From Leptospirales bacterium (GTDB lineage: Bacteria > Spirochaetota > Leptospiria > Turneriellales > JAOUFE01): 64,000 nucleotides of DNA. The stretch covers positions 2,889 to 66,888 of the forward strand of contig JBEQLE010000009.1 of assembly GCA_040326155.1 (NCBI GenBank), in the 5' to 3' direction. The notes below the pieces were generated by a model. It had not been told where the DNA came from. It saw nothing but the letters and a program-made list of their open reading frames with translations, and made no database searches. The translations under genes were made by a program, and so were the position numbers. Shown here piece after piece: positions 59,247 through 64,000 of the stretch (positions are counted from its first letter, which is position 1; each line of letters starts with the position of its first letter).

Positions 59247-60089
59247 ATGAATACAAAAGAAAGTATAAAATGGTACAAAGCCCCCTTGTTTTTTTTGGTA
59301 TCGATATGGAAAGAAAGAACCAGAATAACATATATGGTGAAGGCAGATATTAAAAACCAGTATATTCAATCCTATATGGGTATTTTCTGGGCTTTCTTTA
59401 AGCCAGTATTGATGACTGTAGTTATTTCAGTTGTGTTTTCTCTGGGACTTCGAGGAGCAGGTAGAGTCGTATCCGGAGATCAACCTTTTATAGTATATTT
59501 CCTTGCAGGTTATGTATCATGGATATTTTTTTCAGGAATGATTACAGCAAGTGTGACTTCAATCAGTTCATATGGATTTCTAATTAAGAAAGTGGATTTC
59601 CCACTATTCATTTTGCCGGTCGTTAAAATGGGATCATTATTTTTTGTTCACTTGGCGCTTGTATCGGTTCTGCTTTTTACAATTTATTTGAACGGCGTGC
59701 AGATGCATTGGTACTGGATTCAGATTTTTTATTATATGTTCTGTGCCATAATTTTTCTTATAGGACTGTCATGGACATTAGCTTCCGCAACTATTTTTAT
59801 ACCCGATTTGAATCAAGCGGTTCCAGTAATAATTCAATTGATGTTTTGGACGACTCCAATTTTCTGGGAGCTTAGTCGATTCCCAGACTGGGCTAAAATA
59901 ATTATAAAAATGAATCCGGCATATTATATTGTGAGCGGGTACAGAGACTCTTTAATCTACCAAACCGGTTTCTGGGAACACACATATTTATCCCTTTATT
60001 TCTGGACTATTACGGTGGTGTTTTTATTTATTGGCGCTATCACATATCGAAATACAAGACCACACTTTGCCGAAGTCGTTGATTCATGA
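59247..60089 (+). CDS. ABC-2 type polysaccharide/teichoic-acid export permease (Wzm/TagG/KpsM-like)
   Basis: IWKERTRITYMVKADIKNQYIQSYMGIFWAFFKP is the typical ABC-2 N-terminal motif. 6 TM segments. Confidence 0.75.
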   Translation: MNTKESIKWYKAPLFFLVSIWKERTRITYMVKADIKNQYIQSYMGIFWAFFKPVLMTVVISVVFSLGLRGAGRVVSGDQPFIVYFLAGYVSWIFFSGMITASVTSISSYGFLIKKVDFPLFILPVVKMGSLFFVHLALVSVLLFTIYLNGVQMHWYWIQIFYYMFCAIIFLIGLSWTLASATIFIPDLNQAVPVIIQLMFWTTPIFWELSRFPDWAKIIIKMNPAYYIVSGYRDSLIYQTGFWEHTYLSLYFWTITVVFLFIGAITYRNTRPHFAEVVDS

Positions 60090-60116
60090 CTGGCTCGAAA
60101 CGAAGTAACCATTCAT

Positions 60117-60926
60117 TCAATTATCAAGAAAATAGCAGTCATGCATTTTTAATACTTCTTTTGTGTTTTTACTGTTTTTGGGAGATAAGATATGTTTTAC
60201 ATAAGCATTGGCATGTTTAATGTTAAGTCGCTGAAATAATTTCTGCGGCAGCAAAGCGACAGAGATATCCCGATTTGTTCCAACGATAATATTTTCAAAA
60301 ACTTTAAATTTTTTATTTTTAAAGTTCATAAGTTTATAAGCCGAATCTTGCCATGTAATTCCCTGATCATAAAATAATCGATTGCACGCAACTTGATCAT
60401 CCTTAAAGGTAATTGTTTGCTTCAGATAATCTTTCATGAAATTGATAGATGCAATGTTGCTTTTTACATAGAAAAGTCCGCAACATAAAACAAACCCCCA
60501 TTTTTCATGAATATCAGGGGGCCATACGGTTCCCTGGGAAAATATAAAGTCTTTATTCGAACTGTAAAAAAAATCAGGGCAGGGATCTTTCAACCATACA
60601 GCATCGGCATCTGAATGAATGATGTCATAACCCGATTCCAGAAACTTGATGAGAACTTTTGTCCTTTCCACCCAGATATTTTTTCGATTCAAATCGACTT
60701 TATATAAAATTGAAGTAATTTTATTTTTTTGCAATTGTTGATAAAATTGATTATCCAGTGCAATAATAATATAATTGTTTACTCCAATACGTTTTGCCGC
60801 AGCTACCCAATTGTATACAATGTCAGAATAAGCCAGATTGCCAAACACAAGAATTACAGTGTTATTTTTTTCAACTGCTCCGGCGATTTTTTTTAACTTT
60901 TTATTAAAGGATAGCATAATTTTCAC
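60117..60926 (-). CDS. Nucleotide-diphospho-sugar transferase family protein
   Basis: VFGNLAY...WV..A...G..NYIIIALD and HSDADAVWLKDP (DxD) fit the Nucleotid_trans-type fold as I recall it. Confidence 0.55.
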   Translation of the reverse strand: MKIMLSFNKKLKKIAGAVEKNNTVILVFGNLAYSDIVYNWVAAAKRIGVNNYIIIALDNQFYQQLQKNKITSILYKVDLNRKNIWVERTKVLIKFLESGYDIIHSDADAVWLKDPCPDFFYSSNKDFIFSQGTVWPPDIHEKWGFVLCCGLFYVKSNIASINFMKDYLKQTITFKDDQVACNRLFYDQGITWQDSAYKLMNFKNKKFKVFENIIVGTNRDISVALLPQKLFQRLNIKHANAYVKHILSPKNSKNTKEVLKMHDCYFLDN

Positions 60927-61109
60927 GATTGTTAATCAATATTTTATTTGCTTTTACAAATATAGCACCATACATCCTAAAATTGTTTTGTTTGATCAAG
61001 CATTATTTTAAAACAGGCGGCATGGTAAGGCGAAGGCGTTTGCTCGTAAAAAGTCTGCAAATCTTGTGATTAAATTCAATTTTTGTATTTTGCCGGCACA
61101 TCTTTTTTT

Positions 61110-61931
61110 CTACATTATTTCATATTGAAAAAATGAAACAGTATCGATATTATTATTTAGTATACGTGATATTGCATCGATTTCATTTTGACTTAGCATA
61201 GAAATTTGTACTTCATTACAATTTATTATTTGTTGCGGTGCATAATCTTTAACATCAACGTAACAGTTGATATCTGTCATAATAAAAGCGGGAATTTTCG
61301 TCGCTAGTTGCTTAATGCATCCTGCTGTGTCAGAACAGAATTGTTCATACGTAAAGAAAATAACATCATATTTTTTTATCCATTTTATAATCCAGCCGCT
61401 TCTCGAAAGCCATTCGTTGGTAAGTAGTTCAATTATTTTAATTCTTTCTGAAGTCGATTTGTTTTCCGGATCATATCTACGATACATGCGGCTTGAACAG
61501 TATGCATATGGATTACGGTTTATTGCAGCCAGGGTATGGTTTGGAAAGCATTCGGTCAATTTGTCTATCCTGACCAGGTTCGAAGGGCTTTTATCAATGA
61601 TAACATTTGTAAGCTTTTGCGTTTCATTGATTTCTTGAATGCGTTTCATCCAGACTGATTTTACCGATATCCAATCGATATATTTAATTTGTTCCCATTT
61701 ATTCTCTCCACCCATTCCGGGAACCAGCCAAATACCTTCACCTCTTTTATTTAATAACGAAGTTCCTTCAGCTGTTTGTAACAACCGTGCCAGCGCCGTA
61801 GAACCCGCGCCTGCCGGAGTTAGAATAAATAAAAAATGTGGCTCTTTGTTTATTTTGTAATTTGGGCGAGGCCACAAAGATTTATTTTTTCGCCAGAACT
61901 TAAACATGACAGCATATCGAGGTCTATCCAT
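61110..61931 (-). CDS. Sulfotransferase-family protein
   Basis: 5'-PSB-like ILTPAGAGSTALARLL and 3'-PB-like AINRNPYAYCSS. Confidence 0.6.
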   Translation of the reverse strand: MDRPRYAVMFKFWRKNKSLWPRPNYKINKEPHFLFILTPAGAGSTALARLLQTAEGTSLLNKRGEGIWLVPGMGGENKWEQIKYIDWISVKSVWMKRIQEINETQKLTNVIIDKSPSNLVRIDKLTECFPNHTLAAINRNPYAYCSSRMYRRYDPENKSTSERIKIIELLTNEWLSRSGWIIKWIKKYDVIFFTYEQFCSDTAGCIKQLATKIPAFIMTDINCYVDVKDYAPQQIINCNEVQISMLSQNEIDAISRILNNNIDTVSFFQYEIM

Positions 61932-62031
61932 TAAATATCAAGTACTTTATTTGCACAAGGTATTGTTTATACGAATGATAAACTCTTCACCTTTTTCGAT
62001 TCCAGTGAATGCGAGTAGGATATGATAGGTT

Positions 62032-63378
62032 CTAATTAAATTTATAATGAAAAAGTTCAAGATCTTTTTTATATACACGGGAAATTGTCTCGATGTTTCG
62101 TGTACTATAAAATTTTTTAAAATTAGGTTTACGCATACCTTTGTTGAGTTTCTGTATACTCAGAGGGTTTATTCCAGCAGCGTTACTGATTTTTAGAAGC
62201 TCTTCGTCCAGGTTTTCAAAGTAGATAATATAATCAACCAGACAATTACCGTTTTCGTCATAAACGTACTTGTACTGTGGTTCAAAGTGCTTCCATGATA
62301 ATATTTCATCTTGTATTTTTTTCTCGTCTAGAGCATTTATAAAATCAGAAAAATTTTTATATTTTGACAGATGAATTTTCGCCCATTCGGAATCAAATTT
62401 GTTTCGCCCTCCATTTTTCAAATATCGAAAAGCAGAGATAATTCTGTCAAAAGGATTACGTACGACCGCAAATTTTAGATATTGTTTGAATTTTTCAGAA
62501 TCCTCTTGGTAATATGAAATAGCTTTATGGTGGCCCACTTTACCATAGGTGCCAAAAAGAGCATTCTCTATGCTTGTTCCAGCATTTTTAGGGATATGAA
62601 TAAAAATAATTTTATATCGATGGTTAAACTCTTTAAATTTACTCGCTTTTCCCGACATTGGTACGAGATATTTTTCATAAGGTCCACTTTGCAAAGTGTT
62701 TTCGATCTCGTCATAATTTTGAATCAAATTACGGGAATTCATATTAGATATTTTTTTGATATTGGCAGTATAACTGTCAAAGTGCTCAATATTCAGGAAA
62801 TCTTCTACCGTGTTTAAAGTTTGCTTTGTTTTGTAGACTAAATCGTTATAAGTTATCATCAAAGAATTCTCGAGTTGGCGAATTTCTTCTAATTCAACAA
62901 GCTCTGACTCAATATTTTTAAGTTCATTTACCAGCGTTACCGGCTCAAGGTAAACTGGCGCAGTATTGTTGCCCTGGACTTCGGTCTCTGTTGTTATGTG
63001 CCAGATTTTTTCTGTTCTAGCTATAATGCGCGAAAGATATATATCAAAAACATTATTACGAGTTAAAACGATTATCTTGATTTTATTTTGGCGAATGTAA
63101 TCCATAACATTTTTAAAGATAATTGCCTGGTCAAGCATGAGTTTAAATCCTGTCGTCGTATGGGCAAGAGCGCCGTTCGTATAAAAACTTTTTAGATAAT
63201 CAGCAGGGGAGACATTTTTTTTTACAAAACGATAGTTGAAATTATCGACATTGTAACCTTCGCCGTTTGCTTTGAAAATTTCTTTTGCCATTAATACTGA
63301 TGGGTGTGAAGAAAGCAGTTCAGCAAGAAATGTAGAGCCCGTTCTTTGTATAGAAAATAATACGAATTTTGTTTTCAT
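62032..63378 (-). CDS. Fusion of two sulfotransferase domains (Stf0-like N-terminus + Sulfotransfer_2-like C-terminus)
   Basis: N-terminal half: FSIQRTGSTFLAELL and IIVLTRNNVFDIYLS. C-terminal half: IFIHIPKNAGTSIENALF and FAVVRNPFDRIISAF. Confidence 0.6.
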   Translation of the reverse strand: MKTKFVLFSIQRTGSTFLAELLSSHPSVLMAKEIFKANGEGYNVDNFNYRFVKKNVSPADYLKSFYTNGALAHTTTGFKLMLDQAIIFKNVMDYIRQNKIKIIVLTRNNVFDIYLSRIIARTEKIWHITTETEVQGNNTAPVYLEPVTLVNELKNIESELVELEEIRQLENSLMITYNDLVYKTKQTLNTVEDFLNIEHFDSYTANIKKISNMNSRNLIQNYDEIENTLQSGPYEKYLVPMSGKASKFKEFNHRYKIIFIHIPKNAGTSIENALFGTYGKVGHHKAISYYQEDSEKFKQYLKFAVVRNPFDRIISAFRYLKNGGRNKFDSEWAKIHLSKYKNFSDFINALDEKKIQDEILSWKHFEPQYKYVYDENGNCLVDYIIYFENLDEELLKISNAAGINPLSIQKLNKGMRKPNFKKFYSTRNIETISRVYKKDLELFHYKFN

Positions 63379-63470
63379 TGTAATGATTATTTAAGTTGGG
63401 TCATCTAAAATTGAATACGGATCTAAGCTCACGTCACCTTTAAGATTATTATCCACAGGGCAAACTTATA

Positions 63471-64000
63471 TTAAAACTGAAAATATATAAACTCACTACC
63501 TTTTTCGACACCGGTAAAAACAAGAAGTAAAATTAAAACTGTCCAGAAAACCCCCCTCAAAATCGGTGACATTTTGACGGGCTTTCGATGAGCGAACCAG
63601 GTTCCTCGAATTATGTGTCCCAACAAAATAAAAAATACCAGAATGGTATGGAACCAGTACTCAGGTTTCCAGGAATTAGAAAAGTCAAGAAGGCTGGACC
63701 AGATTTTTATTGCCGTATCGACATTCTCTGATCGAAAAAGAACACCAATTACGATTACAATCATTAAGTAATTCAAAAAGATTGCCAAAGGTTTAGACCA
63801 GATATAGTTACCCAAAAGTTTTTTTCTTCTAAAACGGGGAAGCAGCTTTAGAAACATAAACGAGGCTGACATGATTCCAGAAGCCAGTCCAAACAGGAGG
63901 AAGTTCCACGCAGCCCCATGCCAGAATCCTATGAGCGTCATCGTGAAAGTAATATTTAAAAATGTTTGCAACGGACGATTTCGAAAAGTTCCGCCGAGCG
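63471..64000 (-). CDS. MBOAT-family O-acyltransferase (AlgI/DltB-like), C-terminal part; gene continues past the right edge
   Basis: TMTLIGFWHGAAWNFLLFG carries the conserved MBOAT His. The frame stays open upstream of the track Met (..LGGTFRNRPLQTF..) to the window end. Confidence 0.7.
   Translation of the reverse strand, partial: LGGTFRNRPLQTFLNITFTMTLIGFWHGAAWNFLLFGLASGIMSASFMFLKLLPRFRRKKLLGNYIWSKPLAIFLNYLMIVIVIGVLFRSENVDTAIKIWSSLLDFSNSWKPEYWFHTILVFFILLGHIIRGTWFAHRKPVKMSPILRGVFWTVLILLLVFTGVEKGSEFIYFQF

Noticed and set aside
58945-59369. Small minus-strand ORFs (84 and 63 aa) between the GT remnant and the Wzm gene.
   Set aside because: No motifs and no RBS. One overlaps the Wzm start region. 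They are probably non-coding spacer or promoter DNA.
60087-60221. A 44-codon frame starting at the ATGA junction after the Wzm gene, considered as a possible truncated Wzt ATPase.
   Set aside because: It has no Walker A or other ABC motif (MTGSKRSNHSFNYQENSSHAF...) and runs antisense into the convergent transferase gene. I used it only as circumstantial evidence for a lost partner.
1-64000. CRISPR arrays, rRNA and tRNA genes, IS elements, integrases and prophage blocks.
   Set aside because: While reading I noticed no regularly spaced direct repeats with unique spacers, no tRNA T-arm/acceptor pattern, and no transposase or integrase motifs. A by-eye scan can miss a tRNA, so tRNAscan-SE or ARAGORN should confirm.

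Overview
A densely packed, AT-rich (high-30s % GC by eye) bacterial chromosomal segment that is mostly housekeeping. I support about 58 protein-coding genes, one RNase P RNA (rnpB, minus strand, about 52.58-52.90 kb) that the ORF track covers with three spurious ORFs, and one decayed glycosyltransferase remnant. I recognised no rRNA, tRNA, CRISPR array, transposase or integrase.

Recognisable core genes: recG, der, gatA, hisS, nnr, gatB, radC-like, bcp-type peroxiredoxin, H+/Na+-pyrophosphatase (hppA), pcrA/uvrD-type helicase, glyQ, dapF, msrA and an lgt-family gene. There are many signalling proteins: a 7TM class III cyclase, two GGDEF proteins, a CheY-like/CheC-like pair, an RsbW/STAS pair and a membrane LuxR. 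This gene content, the loose lipoboxes and a radical-SAM/SPASM protein I remember as spirochete-restricted suggest a Leptospira-like spirochete. I cannot verify that without a search.

Accessory-looking parts:
1. A roughly 1 kb gene-free island (20.57-21.53 kb) with tandem 57-nt units, AT palindromes and a 52% GC core bracketed by 15-nt direct repeats. This is my best candidate for something undescribed (a structured RNA, a small foreign gene remnant or an insertion scar).
2. A three-gene Type IIS-like R-M module (33.6-37.2 kb): two separate alpha-class m6A methyltransferases plus an AlwI-family-like nuclease.
3. A MacB/Lol-like ABC transporter operon with a LolA-like protein and two outer-membrane barrels (25.96-32.27 kb).
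4. A very AT-rich glycan-modification locus at the right edge (59.2-64.0 kb), with an orphan ABC-2 permease, three sulfotransferase domains (two of them fused) and an MBOAT.

I see no convincing novel multi-gene defence system. All family assignments come from motif recognition by eye and need HMM or BLAST confirmation.
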